DNA of 64,000 bases from an uncultured Spirochaetota bacterium (GTDB lineage: Bacteria > Spirochaetota > Spirochaetia > SZUA-6 > Fen-1364): NCBI GenBank assembly GCA_963734545.1, contig CAVTHO010000008.1:384001-448000 (forward strand), in the 5' to 3' direction. The notes beneath the pieces were generated by a model. That model saw only the letters and a program-made list of their open reading frames with translations. It was not told the DNA's origin and made no database searches. Of the stretch, positions 11,877 through 23,083 are shown in pieces; within the stretch, counting starts at the first letter, position 1; each line of letters starts with the position of its first letter. The translations under genes were made by a program, and so were the position numbers.

Positions 11877-12336
11877 ATGGAACAGGCGTTTCAAGCCCTT
11901 CTGGGGGAGTGGAAGGGCGTCAAAGGGAACGTCATCCCGCTTTTGCAGAAGACCCAGGATATCTTCGGGTATCTGCCGCAAGATGCCATGCGCGAGATTG
12001 CGCGCGTGACGGGAAAGACAGTCTCCGAGATCTTCGGCGTCGCGACTTTCTATGCCCAGTTCCGCTTCACTCCCATGGGAAAGCACGTGATGAAGGTCTG
12101 TCACGGCACCGCCTGCCACGTGCAGGGCGCCGATTCACTGGACACCGTAGTGGAGCAGCGTCTCGGGGTTGCACCGGGCAACAACACCGCGGACGGCGAG
12201 TTCACCGTGGAGCGCGTCGCCTGCCTGGGATGCTGTTCGCTCGCGCCGGTCGTCATGATCGACGGTGAGGTCTACGGAAGGCTCACCGGCGACAAGCTCG
12301 GCAAGATCATCAAGACGGTCGGGAGGTGCCGGATGA
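11877..12336 (+). CDS. NuoE/HydC-like [2Fe-2S] subunit (StnA-like)
   Basis: IPLLQKTQDIFGYLP, GVATFYAQF, VCHGTACHV, VACLGCCSLAPV; stop restored at ATGA 12333-12336 if one G of the 12321 run is an error. Confidence 0.88.
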
Positions 12337-14115
12337 GCGCGCGCGCAGAAGTCGCGGTCGGCATGAGCTCCTGCGGCATCGCCGCGGGCGCCCGGGTCGT
12401 CTTCGAATCTCTTCAGAAGGACGTCGCTGCCCGCGGCCTTCCCTTCTCCGTTGTGGCCACGGGCTGCATCGGCGCCTGCCACGCGGAGCCGCTTGTCGAG
12501 ATCCGGCAGGCCGGACGGCAGGAGCTTTCTCTACGGGAACGTGGACGAGGCACGGGCGCGGCGCCATCGTGGAGGGCCATCTCGTCGGCGGAACACCTGT
12601 CGACGAGCTGCTCGTTCCCGCCTGACTACCCCTACCTGGCCCGGCAGCGACGGATCGTGCTTGCCAACTGCGGCGTCATCGATCCCGAGTCCATCGAGCA
12701 GTACATCGCGCGCGACGGCTATGCCGCGCTGAGAAAGGTGCTCGCCGGCATGACACCCGAAGCAGTGATCGAGGAGGTGAAGGCTTCCGGCCTGCGCGGC
12801 CGGGGCGGTGCGGGCTTCTCCACGGGCATGAAATGGACGTTTGCCCGGGAGGCCAGATCGGCGACCGGAAAGAAGTACGTGATCTGCAACGCCGACGAGG
12901 GCGACCCCGGCGCGTTCATGGACCGGTCGGTCCTCGAGGGCGACCCGCACGCGGTGCTGGAAGGCATGCTCATCTGCGCGTACGCGGTCGGCGCCGACGA
13001 GGGATACATGTACGTCCGCGCCGAGTACCCGCTCGCCATCAAGAGACTCCAGATCGCCCTGAAGCAGATGGAGGAGCGGAACCTCCTGGGGGACAGCATC
13101 CTCGGCACCACCTTCTCCTTCCGGCTGCACATCAAGGAAGGCGCCGGCGCCTTCGTCTGCGGCGAGGAGACGGCCCTGATGGGCTCGATCGAGGGAAAGC
13201 GCGGCATGCCGCGGCTCCGGCCTCCCTTTCCGGCGGTGCGCGGGCTGTGGGACTCCCCCACGAACATCAACAACGTGGAGACCTACGCCAACATCGCTCC
13301 CATCATCCGCATGGGCGGCGCCGGCTACGCCGCAATCGGCACGGAAAAGAGCAAGGGCACAAAGGTCTTCGCCCTCGCCGGCAAGATCAAGCGCGGCGGC
13401 ATGATCGAGGTGCCGATGGGCATCAGCCTGCGCGAGATCATCTTCGACATCGGCGGCGGGATCCAGGGAGACGGGAAGTTCAAGGCCGTGCAGATGGGCG
13501 GACCCTCCGGCGGCTGCGTGCCGGAGAGCCTTGCCGACGTGCTCATCGACTACGATTCCCTGACCGCATCCGGGGCCATCATGGGCTCGGGCGGCATGGT
13601 GGTCATGGACGAATCGACCTGCATGGTGGACGTGGCCCGCTACTTCCTCAACTTCATCCAGAGCGAGTCCTGCGGCAAGTGCACATTCTGCCGCATCGGC
13701 ACCAAGCGGATGCTGGAGATCCTCACGCGGATCACCGAGGGCAAGGGCGTGGAGGAGGATGTCGCGGAGCTGGAAGACCTGGCGGCAAAGGTGAAGGTCT
13801 CTTCCCTCTGCGGCCTGGGCCAGACTGCGCCCAACCCCGTGCTCACGACCCTGCGCTACTTCCGCGTCGGAGTACGATGATCACATCAGGAACAAGCGCT
13901 GCACAGCGAAGAAGTGCAAGGCGCTGATCCGGTTCGGCGTGATCACCGATGCCTGCACGGGATGCATGCTGTGCGCGAAGGTCTGTCCGACAAAGGCGGC
14001 CCGGGGCGAGCGGAAAAAGGTGCACACGATCGACCAGGACACCTGCATACGCTGCGGCTTGTGCTTCGAGGCCTGCAGGTTCGACGCTATCGGGATCACG
14101 TCAGGTAAGGAATGA
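12333..14115 (+). CDS. NuoF/HydB-like FMN/NADH electron-bifurcating subunit (StnB-like), frameshifted
   Basis: Own SD GGAGG 12322; N-terminal thioredoxin-like FeS; GLRGRGGAGF, NADEGDPGAFMDR, GAFVCGEETAL, ESCGKCTFCRIG, LCGLGQTAPNP; C-terminal CTGCMLCAKVCP and CIRCGLCFEAC; ATGA overlap with next gene. Confidence 0.92.
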
Positions 14116-17100
14116 CAATGGCGCCTCAGAAAATCGAGATCACCCTGGACGGAAAGAAGATCCTGGTCGAGCCGGGCCTGTCCATCCTGGAAGTGGCGGA
14201 GAGCCAGGGAATACGGATCCCCACCCTTTGCCATGACCGGCGCCTCGAGCCCTACGCATCCTGCTGGGTCTGCCTCGTGAAGGTGGAGCGGGCAAAGGGT
14301 TTCGTGCCGAGCTGCGGCACAAAGGTCGCGCCGGGCATGGTCATCACGACCACCGCGCCTGACGTTACGGCAGCCCGGCGCATGGCCCTGGACCTGCTGC
14401 TCTCCAATCATTACGGGGACTGCAAGGCTCCCTGCACCCTGACCTGCCCCTCCAACATCGACATCCAGGGCTACCTCGGCCTGGTGGCGAACGGGAAGAC
14501 CACCGAGGCGGTGGAGCTCATCCGGCGGGACAATCCGATGCCGGCCGTCATCGGGCGGATCTGCCCGCGGCCCTGCGAGCAGGAGTGCCGAAGGCGCCTG
14601 GTGGAGGAGCCGATCAACATCAACGGCATCAAGAGGTTCGTCGCCGACCTCGAGGCTGCCTCGGGAGGCATGCCCCCGCGGCCCCTGCCCGCGCGCAGCG
14701 GAAAGAAGGCGGCGGTTGTCGGCGCGGGCCCGGCGGGTCTTTCCGCGGCGTGGTACCTCTCCGAGAAAGGCGTGGATGTCACACTCTACGAGGCCATGGA
14801 AAAGGCGGGGGGAATGCTCCGCTACGGCATACCGGACTACCGGCTCCCGCCCGATGTGCTGGACAGGGCCATCGCGGAAATGACGAGCATGGGCGCGACG
14901 CTGCGCACCGGCGTGCGGCTCGGCAGGGACATGACCCTGGAGAAGCTGCGCGCGGAAAACGACGCCGTTGTGCTGGCCATCGGGGCGTGGAAGGGCCGCA
15001 CTCTCCGCATCCCGGGCGAGGATCACCCGGCAGTGCTCTCCGGGCATCGACTTCCTGCGGGACGTGAACGCCGGCACGCCGGTGACGCGTGGGGAAGATC
15101 GTTGCGGTGATCGGCGGCGGCAACACGGCCCTTGATGCCGCGCGCTGCTCGCTGCGGCGCGGGGCGGCGAAGGTCACGATGTACTACCGCCGCACGCGGG
15201 AAGAGATGCCTGCCTCAGATGCGGAGATCGAAGAGACGCTCGAGGAAGGCATCGATATCCAGTACCTCGTCGCGCCCGTCTCGATCCAGACAGAAGGAGA
15301 AAGCCTGAAGACCCTCACCCTCCTCCGCATGGAGCTGGGCGAGCCGGACGCATCCGGCCGCAGGCGGCCCGTCCCCGTCGACGGCTCGGAGTTCACGGTC
15401 CCCGTGGACACCATCATCTCGGCGGTCGGGCAGTACTCCGACACGAAGCTGCTCGCAGGCGTCCCCGGCCTGGTCGACGAAAAGGGCAATCTGAACGCGG
15501 ACCTGGCAACGGGCGGCACGGAGGTCCCCGGGGTATTCGCTGCCGGAGACCTGCTCACCGGCACCGACATCGCCATCCGCGCGATTGCCGGCGGCAAGCA
15601 CGCGGCGCGCGCGGCGCTGGCGTACATGGACGGTCGGTCTTATCAGCGGCCGAAGGAGTTCCTCAGCAAGAAGGCCGACTTCAAGGCGCCCACTGCGGCG
15701 GACTACAAGGAGACGCCGCGCGCGCCGCGCGCCCGGGCGGCGGTCCTGGCGCCCGCGCCCCGGGCCAGGACCTTTGCCGAGATCGAGTCGACCCTGCCTG
15801 CCGCGCAGGCGGCGCAGGAAGCAGCCCGGTGCCTGGAGTGCGGGTGCCAGGACGTCAAGGACTGCGCCCTGAAGCTGCACGCAACCGAGTACGATGCCAT
15901 GGCCAGGCGGTTCCTCGGCGAGGTGGCGGTCCACCCTGTGGACGACACGCACCCCTTCATCAGCCGGGACCCCTCAAAGTGCATCCTCTGCGGCCGGTGC
16001 ATCAGGATCTGCCTCGAGGTGCAGGGCATCGGGGTGTTCGGCTACATGTACCGGGGATTCTCCTCGGTGGTGGCCCCCTCGTTCGGTATTCCATTCGGCG
16101 AGGACGCAACCTGCATCTCCTGCGGCCAGTGCGTCTCCGCCTGCCCGGTGGGCGCGCTCACCGAGAAGCTTCCGGCACGGAAGAACGTGCCCCTGCCGGA
16201 GAAGACCGTGGAAGGCACCTGTGCGCGCTGCTCGGTGGGGTGCGGCATCGACTACCACTGGCACGGGAGTCTCTTCACACGGGTGACCGAGCGCTATGAC
16301 GTTCCGAACAATGGCAAGCTCTGCAAGAAGGGAAAGTTCGGCCACGAGTTCCTGAACGATCCGATGCCCGCGGCCATAGACCTCGCGAAGGCGCGCGCGC
16401 AGGCCGCGGGACTCCTGAAAAAGGCGAAAAGCCCGGTGATGAGGATCTCCCCCTACCTCTGCGGAGAAGCGATCGACGCGTTCGTCGATGCGGCGGGCCG
16501 CAAAGGGATCCCGGTGCGTGCCGCGGGCCTCGAGCGGCTGGACCCGCGATGGGCGGAGCTCGCCGCGCGTGCGCCCACCGGCCACGCCGGCGATGAGAAG
16601 AAGCTGATCCTCCTCATCGGAGACATCGCCGGGTCGAACAACGTCGCCTTCACGGAGGCGTACCGCAAGCGCCGCGAGGGCAGCGCGGAGCTCTGGATCG
16701 CCGGCCATGACGACGAGACTGCGCGGCGCGCCGCGGCGCGCGTGATTCCCGACGTGCAGGCCGCGCTTGCGGAAGCTGTTGCGTCAGGCGGCCCGGTGGA
16801 AGTCTGGGTGAATCCCGAAGAATCGGGGAACGGCGCCCTCGAGGGCCTGCTCGCGGTGCAGGACAGGGTGCAGGTCCAGCTCCTGTGGAACTCGAGGAAC
16901 GCGGGCTATCTCTTCCTGCGCCAGAGCAAGACGGCACAGACAGCCGATCTCCTGCTCGACGTGGGTGTCGAAGAGTCGGCAAACGGGACGAAACGGATCG
17001 CATGGGGGAAAAAGCCCGGCGTCCAGGACCTCTTCATCCCTGTTCCGCGGGAGTGGTGGATCCAGGGCCGCTCGCATCCGACGTCAATGCCGGCTGTGCA

Positions 17101-17152
17101 GTCCGGAAGCATCGAGAGCGACGTGTTGAGGGCTGTCCTGCTGCTCGATTGA
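14112..17152 (+). CDS. NuoG-like FeS + GltD/NfnB-like FAD/NADPH fusion subunit (StnC-like), frameshifts near 15040-15090
   Basis: IPTLC..SCWVCLV..SC [2Fe-2S]; CKAPCTLTCP, GRICPRPCEQEC, GAGPAG, GGGNTA..YRR (NADPH site); CLECGC..C, KCILCGRCIRIC, CISCGQCVSACP, CARCSVGC..LCKKG; divergent C-terminus. Confidence 0.85.
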
Positions 17153-17746
17153 GGGAAACCAGTCCCTGATCGTTTCGATCATGGACTGCAGCCATGCTTT
17201 TCTGGCAGAAGCGTCGGTCCTGCGCATGTCCCTCATCACGTGACATTCCGCCTTCATGCCGCACCTGCCCAGGATGACGTCGGTCCAGAGGGTCTCAAGG
17301 GTCCGGGGCACTGCGCCACCGTACTCGGTGGATTTGTCGCGGTCACGCGCGTCCGAGGTGCAGAAAACAAGGCCCTTCTTGCCTTTCAGGAGCGGCGTCC
17401 AGTCCTTCTCTTCCGCATCCCCGTCCAGGTCATACGCAACGCCCTGCCTGAAAACCCTGTCCAGCCATCCCTTGAGAACAGCCGGCGGTTGTCCCCACCA
17501 GTCAGGATGGAAGATGAGAAGACCGTCGCACGCGGCCAACTCCCGGCAGTGCACCTGCACGAGAGTGTCGAGGCTGAAACTCCGTGCAAGCTCCGGCGCA
17601 CCGAGCACGGGATCGAAGCCCTCTTTGTAGAGATCATGCATGATCACTTCGTGGCCGAGTGACCGCAACGACTCCTCAGCGGCTGCGGCGAGCGCAAGGT
17701 TGAAGCTTCCGGGACGCGGATGGCAGAGCACCTGCATAATCTTCAT
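17084..17746 (-). CDS. Flavodoxin-fold NAD(P)H:quinone oxidoreductase (MdaB/KefF-like)
   Basis: HPRPGSFN, DLYKEGFDPVL, HPDWWGQPPAVLKGWLDRV; 3' end overlaps StnC-like gene. Confidence 0.88.
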   Translation of the reverse strand: MKIMQVLCHPRPGSFNLALAAAAEESLRSLGHEVIMHDLYKEGFDPVLGAPELARSFSLDTLVQVHCRELAACDGLLIFHPDWWGQPPAVLKGWLDRVFRQGVAYDLDGDAEEKDWTPLLKGKKGLVFCTSDARDRDKSTEYGGAVPRTLETLWTDVILGRCGMKAECHVMRDMRRTDASARKAWLQSMIETIRDWFPSIEQQDSPQHVALDASGLHSRH

Positions 17747-17752
17747 TGGTTT

Positions 17753-17777
17753 AAACTTGACTAATTTAGTCAGGTTT
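17753..17777. promoter_or_regulatory. IscR type-1-like (Rrf2 family) operator between divergent genes
   Basis: AAACTTGACTAATTTAGTCAGGTTT, 25-bp palindrome fitting ATASYYGACTRWWWYAGTCRRSTAT at 23/25 positions; directly upstream of suf operon. Confidence 0.75.
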
Positions 17778-17805
17778 GTCAATTTATAAGTAAAGGAAGG
17801 ATGAA

Positions 17806-18108
17806 GTGGTTTCCCGAGAAGAAATCCTGGACGTGCTCAGGAACGTCGAAGACCCCGAGCTGGCAATCAGCATCGTCGAGCTCGGGCTCGTCTACAGGGT
17901 CGAAGGCCGCGAAAACTCGATCGAAGTGGATTTCACGCTGACGTATCCCGGCTGCCCGGCAGGGGACATGATTCAACGGGACATCATCGAAACGCTGCAC
18001 GACGCATTCGGAATCGTCGACGTGAAAGCCACCATCGTGTGGACCCCGATGTGGGGACCCGAGCGGATGAGCGAGGAAGCGCGCGTCGGGCTCGGCTACC
18101 CCATCTGA
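17806..18108 (+). CDS. sufT: DUF59/SufT metal-sulfur cluster assembly factor
   Basis: LRNVEDPELAISIVELGLVY, TLTYPGCP, PMWGPERMS. Confidence 0.9.
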   Translation: MVSREEILDVLRNVEDPELAISIVELGLVYRVEGRENSIEVDFTLTYPGCPAGDMIQRDIIETLHDAFGIVDVKATIVWTPMWGPERMSEEARVGLGYPI

Positions 18109-18122
18109 CAAGAGGAAGAAAC

Positions 18123-18912
18123 ATGGCACACCATCTCCAAGTAAGAGACCTCCAGGCCGGGATCAGCCGGTAAGCCGATCCTTGCGGGCCTGGACCTGGA
18201 CATTCACGCGGGAGAGATCCACGCGCTCATGGGACCCAACGGGTCCGGCAAGAGCACCCTTGCGAACGTGCTCATGGGCCACCCGTCCTACGCCGTGACC
18301 GGCGGCAGCGTGCTCCTGGACGGCGAGGACTACCTGGCCCTCAAGCCGAGCGAACGGGCGCTGCGCGGGGTCTTCCTCGCTTTCCAGTACCCGGTGGAGA
18401 TCGGCGGGGTGACCGTGGGCAAGTTCCTCAAGCGTGCCATCGAGCTGCGCGGGAACGGGAACGGCATGAACGTCACCGCGTATATCAAGGAGCTGCGGGA
18501 GGCCATGAACTTCATGGAGATGGACCAGGTCTTCATCAACCGCTACCTCAACCAGGGCTTCTCCGGCGGAGAGAAGAAACGCATGGAAGTGCTGCAGATG
18601 CTGATGCTGAAGCCGTCCCTGGCGATCCTGGATGAAACGGACTCCGGCCTGGACATCGACGCGCTGAAGGTCGTGGCGCGCGGCGTGAACAAGATGCGCG
18701 GTCCCAATTTCAGCGCGCTGATCATCACGCACTACCAGCGCATCCTCACGCAGATCGTTCCCGACTACGTCCACATCATGTACAAGGGCAGGATCGTGAC
18801 CTCGGGCGGGAAAGACCTGGTGGAGACCCTCGAGAGCAGGGGATACGACTGGATCAAGGAACAGTACGGGATCGAGGAGGAAGCAAGTGAGCGAGCAGTC
18901 TCAAGCCGTTGA
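18123..18912 (+). CDS. sufC: Fe-S assembly ATPase SufC (frameshift near 18168)
   Basis: MGPNGSGKST, FLAFQYPVEI, GFSGGEKKR, ILDETDSGLDIDAL, IITHYQRIL. Confidence 0.95.
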
Positions 18913-20290
18913 AATAGGCGAGTACCAGCACGGGTATCATTTTCCCGACGAGTCGGTCTTCAAGACCCGCAAGGGCCTGAACGAGGATATCGTCAACGCC
19001 ATCTCTCACCGCAAAGGGGAGCCCGAGTGGATGCGCCAGTTCCGACTGCGCTCTCTGGCCGCATTTCGCAAGAAGTCCATGCCCAACTGGGGCGCGGACC
19101 TCTCCGACATCGATTTCGATTCCCTCTATTATTACGCGGCACCGCAGGAGCAGCAGTCCCGGCGCTGGGAGGACGTGCCGGCCAATATCAAGGAGACCTT
19201 CGAGCGCATCGGGATCCCCGAGGCGGAGAGGAAGTTCCTTGCCGGCGTGGGGGCGCAGTACGACTCTGAGATGGTCTATCACAGCATCAAGGAAGACCTG
19301 AGCCGCCAGGGTGTGATCTTCACAGACCCCGAGACAGCGGTGCGCGAGCACCCTGACCTGGTGAAGCAGTACTTCGGCACGGTGATCCCCTACCTGGACA
19401 ACAAGTTTGCCGCGCTGAACAGCGCGGTATGGTCGGGCGGGAGCTTCGTGTACGTGCCAAAGGGCGTGAAGGTCGATGTGCCGCTGCAGGCCTACTTCCG
19501 CATCAACGCAAGGAGCTTCGGGCAGTTCGAGCGTACCCTCATCATCGCGGACGAGGGGAGCTTCGTACACTACATCGAGGGCTGCACCGCACCGATTTAT
19601 GCAACCGAGTCCCTGCACAGCGCCGTGGTGGAGATAATCGCCCTGCCGGGCTCCCGGGTGCGCTACACGACGATCCAGAACTGGTCCAGCGACGTGTACA
19701 ACCTGGTCACCAAGCGCGCCGTGGCGCACAAGGACGCCATCGTCGAATGGGTGGACGGCAATCTCGGATCCAAGCGCACCATGAAGTACCCCTCGATCTA
19801 CCTGGTGGGGGAAGGGGCTCACGGCGAGGTCCTGTCCATCGCTTTCGCGGGAAAGGGCCAGGAGCAGGACACCGGCGGCAAGGCGGTGCACGCGGCGAGC
19901 CACACCTCTTCGGTGATCACGGCAAAGTCCATCAGCAAGGACGGCGGCGTGGCCAGCTACCGTGGTCTTCTGAAGGTGAACGAGGGCCTGCACGATGTGC
20001 GCTCACGGGTGGTCTGTGACGCCCTGATCCTCGATGAGACGTCCCGCAGCAACACGTACCCCTACATGGAGATCAACTCCGACCACGTCTCCATCGAGCA
20101 CGAAGCGCGCGTGAGCCGGATCAGCGAGGACCAGCTCTTCTACCTCATGAGCAGGGGAATGAGCGAGCAGGAGGCCTCCCTCATGATCGTCAGCGGCTTC
20201 CTCGATCCGCTGGTCAAGCAGCTTCCAATGGAGTACGCGGTGGAGCTGAACCGCCTGATCGAGCTGGAGATGACGGGGACGGTGGGATGA
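18887..20290 (+). CDS. sufB: Fe-S assembly protein SufB
   Basis: AGVGAQYDSE, GQFERTLII, YIEGCTAP..LHSAVVE, HEARVSRISEDQLFYLMSRG. Confidence 0.97.
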   Translation: MSEQSQAVEIGEYQHGYHFPDESVFKTRKGLNEDIVNAISHRKGEPEWMRQFRLRSLAAFRKKSMPNWGADLSDIDFDSLYYYAAPQEQQSRRWEDVPANIKETFERIGIPEAERKFLAGVGAQYDSEMVYHSIKEDLSRQGVIFTDPETAVREHPDLVKQYFGTVIPYLDNKFAALNSAVWSGGSFVYVPKGVKVDVPLQAYFRINARSFGQFERTLIIADEGSFVHYIEGCTAPIYATESLHSAVVEIIALPGSRVRYTTIQNWSSDVYNLVTKRAVAHKDAIVEWVDGNLGSKRTMKYPSIYLVGEGAHGEVLSIAFAGKGQEQDTGGKAVHAASHTSSVITAKSISKDGGVASYRGLLKVNEGLHDVRSRVVCDALILDETSRSNTYPYMEINSDHVSIEHEARVSRISEDQLFYLMSRGMSEQEASLMIVSGFLDPLVKQLPMEYAVELNRLIELEMTGTVG

Positions 20291-21538
20291 TGGCAGAACG
20301 TCTCGAACCGGCATGGATGCGGACCCTGCGCACGCAGGCCCGAGAGCGCTTCGATCACATGCAATGGCCGAGCCCGGCCGAGGAAGAGTGGCGGCGCACT
20401 GATGTGAGCCGGCTCGGCCTGGACTCGTATGCGCCGGCGCCTGCCCCGAAGGCAGCCTGTCCGCGGGAAGCGGATCCCGGCACGGCCGCGGGATCCATAC
20501 GGTTCGACGCGGGCCAGTGCACCGAGGTGGCCCTGGACGCCCGATGGCAGGAAAAGGGTGTGCGCCTTCTGCCTCTCGACCTCGCCCTGGAGGAGTTCGA
20601 GATTCCCCTCTACAAGCTCTTCCATGACGCCATCAGGGACGCCGACAACCGGTTCCTGGCCTGGCACTACGGGACGTGGAGTCATGGCGCGTTCCTCTGG
20701 GTTCCCCCCGGTCTGGAAATAGCCGAGCCGTTCTTCATGGAGTTTGCCGAGCGCGGAGAAGGGCTCTTCAGCGCGCCTCACGTGGCCGTGGTTCTCGGGA
20801 AGGGCGCGCGCGCGTCGGTGGTGCAGCACATTGGCGGAGAAGAGGGGCCCACCGGGCATCCTCTGCAATTCGGCGGTGGATATGCAGCTGTCAGACGCCT
20901 CGGCGCTCACCTTCTGCGAGATGCAGGAGCTCGGCGCCCGCTCGCTCTATTTCCGCCACGCGCGGGCAGACGTGGGACGGGACGGCTCACTGAGACACGT
21001 CGACGCGGCGTTCGGCGGCCGGCTCGCCAAGACCCGCATCGAATGCTCGCTTTCCGGAGCGGGCGCAGAAGCGTATCTTGATGGTGTGTACTATTGCCGC
21101 GGGGACCAGCACATGGACATTCGCACCGTGCAGCACCATCGCGCGCCCAAGGCGACGAGCAGGGCCTACTACAAGGGCGCCGTTGCGAGCGGGCGCACGG
21201 TCTTCCAGGGGCTGATCGAGGTGGCCACGGGCGCTTCCGGGACGGACGCGTATCTCACCAACAGGAACCTCATCCTCGGAGAGACGGCGCGATCGGACTC
21301 CATCCCGACCTTGAAGATCGGAAACAATGACGTGAAGTGCAGCCACGGGTCCACCACGGGGCGGCTGAGCGAAGAAGAGCTTTTCTACCTGGAAAGCCGC
21401 GGCCTCTCCGAGGTCGACGCCCGCGAGATGCTCGTGATCGGATACTTCGAAGATCTGCTGGCATCCGCACCCGAAAGGTACCGCGACGATGCCCTCGCCC
21501 GCATCCGCGAAAGACTCCGCCTCGTCAATGCCGCCTGA
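20287..21538 (+). CDS. sufD: Fe-S assembly protein SufD (frameshift near 20850)
   Basis: EEWRRTD, VFQGLIEV, SIPTLKIGNNDVKCSHGST, ELFYLESRG. Confidence 0.92.
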
Positions 21539-21860
21539 AGGCGGCACGTGGGTCCGGGTCGCCTCGGAGGAAGAGCTCGTGACGAGCATGAGCGTAAGCG
21601 TCGAGGGCCACCCCGTGGCGCTTTTCCGCACCGATGAGGGCATCTTTGCCCTGGACGATATCTGCTCGCACGAGTACTCCCGGCTCTCCGAGGGAGAGAT
21701 CTGGGCAGGCGAGGTCTATTGCCAGAAGCACGGTTCGCGGTTCAACCTGCGCACCGGCGCGGTCACGGGGCTCCCGGCCACCCAGCCGGTGCGCACGTGG
21801 AGCGCAAAAATCGAGGACGGAGGGATCTGGGTAGCATGGCGGCCGGCAGAGTCCAGATGA
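21528..21860 (+). CDS. Rieske-type [2Fe-2S] ferredoxin
   Basis: DICSHE (CxH) and YCQKHGSRF (CxxH), GLPATQPV. Confidence 0.92.
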   Translation: MPPEGGTWVRVASEEELVTSMSVSVEGHPVALFRTDEGIFALDDICSHEYSRLSEGEIWAGEVYCQKHGSRFNLRTGAVTGLPATQPVRTWSAKIEDGGIWVAWRPAESR

Positions 21861-23083
21861 TGGGACCACGCACCGTGGAAGACGTGCGCAGGGACTTCCC
21901 TCTCCTGAGCCGGCGCATCGGGGGGGAGACCCTCGCCTATCTGGATAACGCGGCGACCTCCCAGAAGCCTCGCGAGGTCCTCGACGCGATACGGGTCTAC
22001 TATGAGCAGTCCAACGCCAACGTGCACCGTGCCCTGCATACCCTGGGAGAGGAGGCCACGGCCGCATTCGAAGAGGCGCGGAAGAAAGTGCAGAGATTCC
22101 TGAACGCGGTGAAAGCGGCCGAGATCGTATTCACGCGCGGCACCACCGAGGCCATCAACCTCGTGGCATCGGCGTGGGGCGGCCAGGAGCTGAAACAGGG
22201 GGATGTCGTGCTGCTCACCGAGATGGAGCACCACAGCAACCTCGTTCCCTGGCAGCTCGCCTGCGCGCGAACCGGGGCGCGGCTCCAGTTTGTCCCCGTC
22301 GAGGCGGACGGCACCCTGGATCTGGAGAAACTCGAGCGTTCCTGGGACCCGCGCACCCGTCTCGTGGCCGTCACGCACATGTCGAATGTCCTGGGCACGA
22401 TCAACGACGTGAAGGCAATCGCGGCGCTCGCGCACCGGCGCGACGCCCTTGTCCTCGTGGACGGCGCGCAGTCCGTGCCGCATTTCCCGGTGGACGTGCA
22501 GGACCTCGACTGCGACTTTTTCGCCTTCTCCAGCCACAAGATGTGCGGTCCCATGGGCATGGGCGCCCTGTACGGACGGGAACGCCTCCTGGACGCAATG
22601 CCGCCGTGGATGGGCGGAGGGGAGATGATCCGCGCGGTCTGGCCGGAGAAATCCACGTGGAACGACCTGCCGTGGAAGTTCGAGGCCGGCACGCCGAACG
22701 TGGAGGGTGCCGTGGGCCTTGGCGCGGCCATCGACTATCTTCACTCCCTGGAGTTCCGCAACATCGCCGCATGGGAGGAAGAGCTTTCCCGCCACGCGCT
22801 CCAGAGCCTCGGCGGGGCGAACGGAGTCACGCTGTACGGCAGCTCCCCCCGGCGCGGCCCGGTGTTTTCCTTCACCCTCGGGTCCATACACGCGCACGAC
22901 GTGGCACAGTTTCTCGACCGGGAGGGAATCGCGGTCCGGGCAGGGCACCACTGCGCGCAGCCGCTCATGCGAAAGCTGGGCGTGCCGGCCACCGTGCGCG
23001 CCAGCCTCTCGTTCTACAACACGTTTTCCGAGATCGACCGCCTGGCGGCGGCGCTCGACGGCGCACGGAGGTTCTACGCGTGA
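21857..23083 (+). CDS. sufS: Cysteine desulfurase SufS
   Basis: YLDNAATSQKP, ANVHR, MEHHSN, FSSHKMCGP (PLP Lys), RAGHHCAQP. Confidence 0.96.
   Translation: MMGPRTVEDVRRDFPLLSRRIGGETLAYLDNAATSQKPREVLDAIRVYYEQSNANVHRALHTLGEEATAAFEEARKKVQRFLNAVKAAEIVFTRGTTEAINLVASAWGGQELKQGDVVLLTEMEHHSNLVPWQLACARTGARLQFVPVEADGTLDLEKLERSWDPRTRLVAVTHMSNVLGTINDVKAIAALAHRRDALVLVDGAQSVPHFPVDVQDLDCDFFAFSSHKMCGPMGMGALYGRERLLDAMPPWMGGGEMIRAVWPEKSTWNDLPWKFEAGTPNVEGAVGLGAAIDYLHSLEFRNIAAWEEELSRHALQSLGGANGVTLYGSSPRRGPVFSFTLGSIHAHDVAQFLDREGIAVRAGHHCAQPLMRKLGVPATVRASLSFYNTFSEIDRLAAALDGARRFYA

Noticed and set aside
11877-13880. Apparent NuoE-NuoF fusion (667 aa ORF)
   Set aside because: The second part has its own SD and ATG at 12333, and removing one G restores an ATGA overlap; likely an indel artefact
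400-15100. Programmed frameshifting or pseudogene island
   Set aside because: No recurring slippery motif noticed, and indels affect unrelated genes with intact motifs
14112-17152. [FeFe]-hydrogenase, formate dehydrogenase or glutamate synthase call
   Set aside because: No H-cluster or Mo/Sec ligand motifs and no gltB nearby
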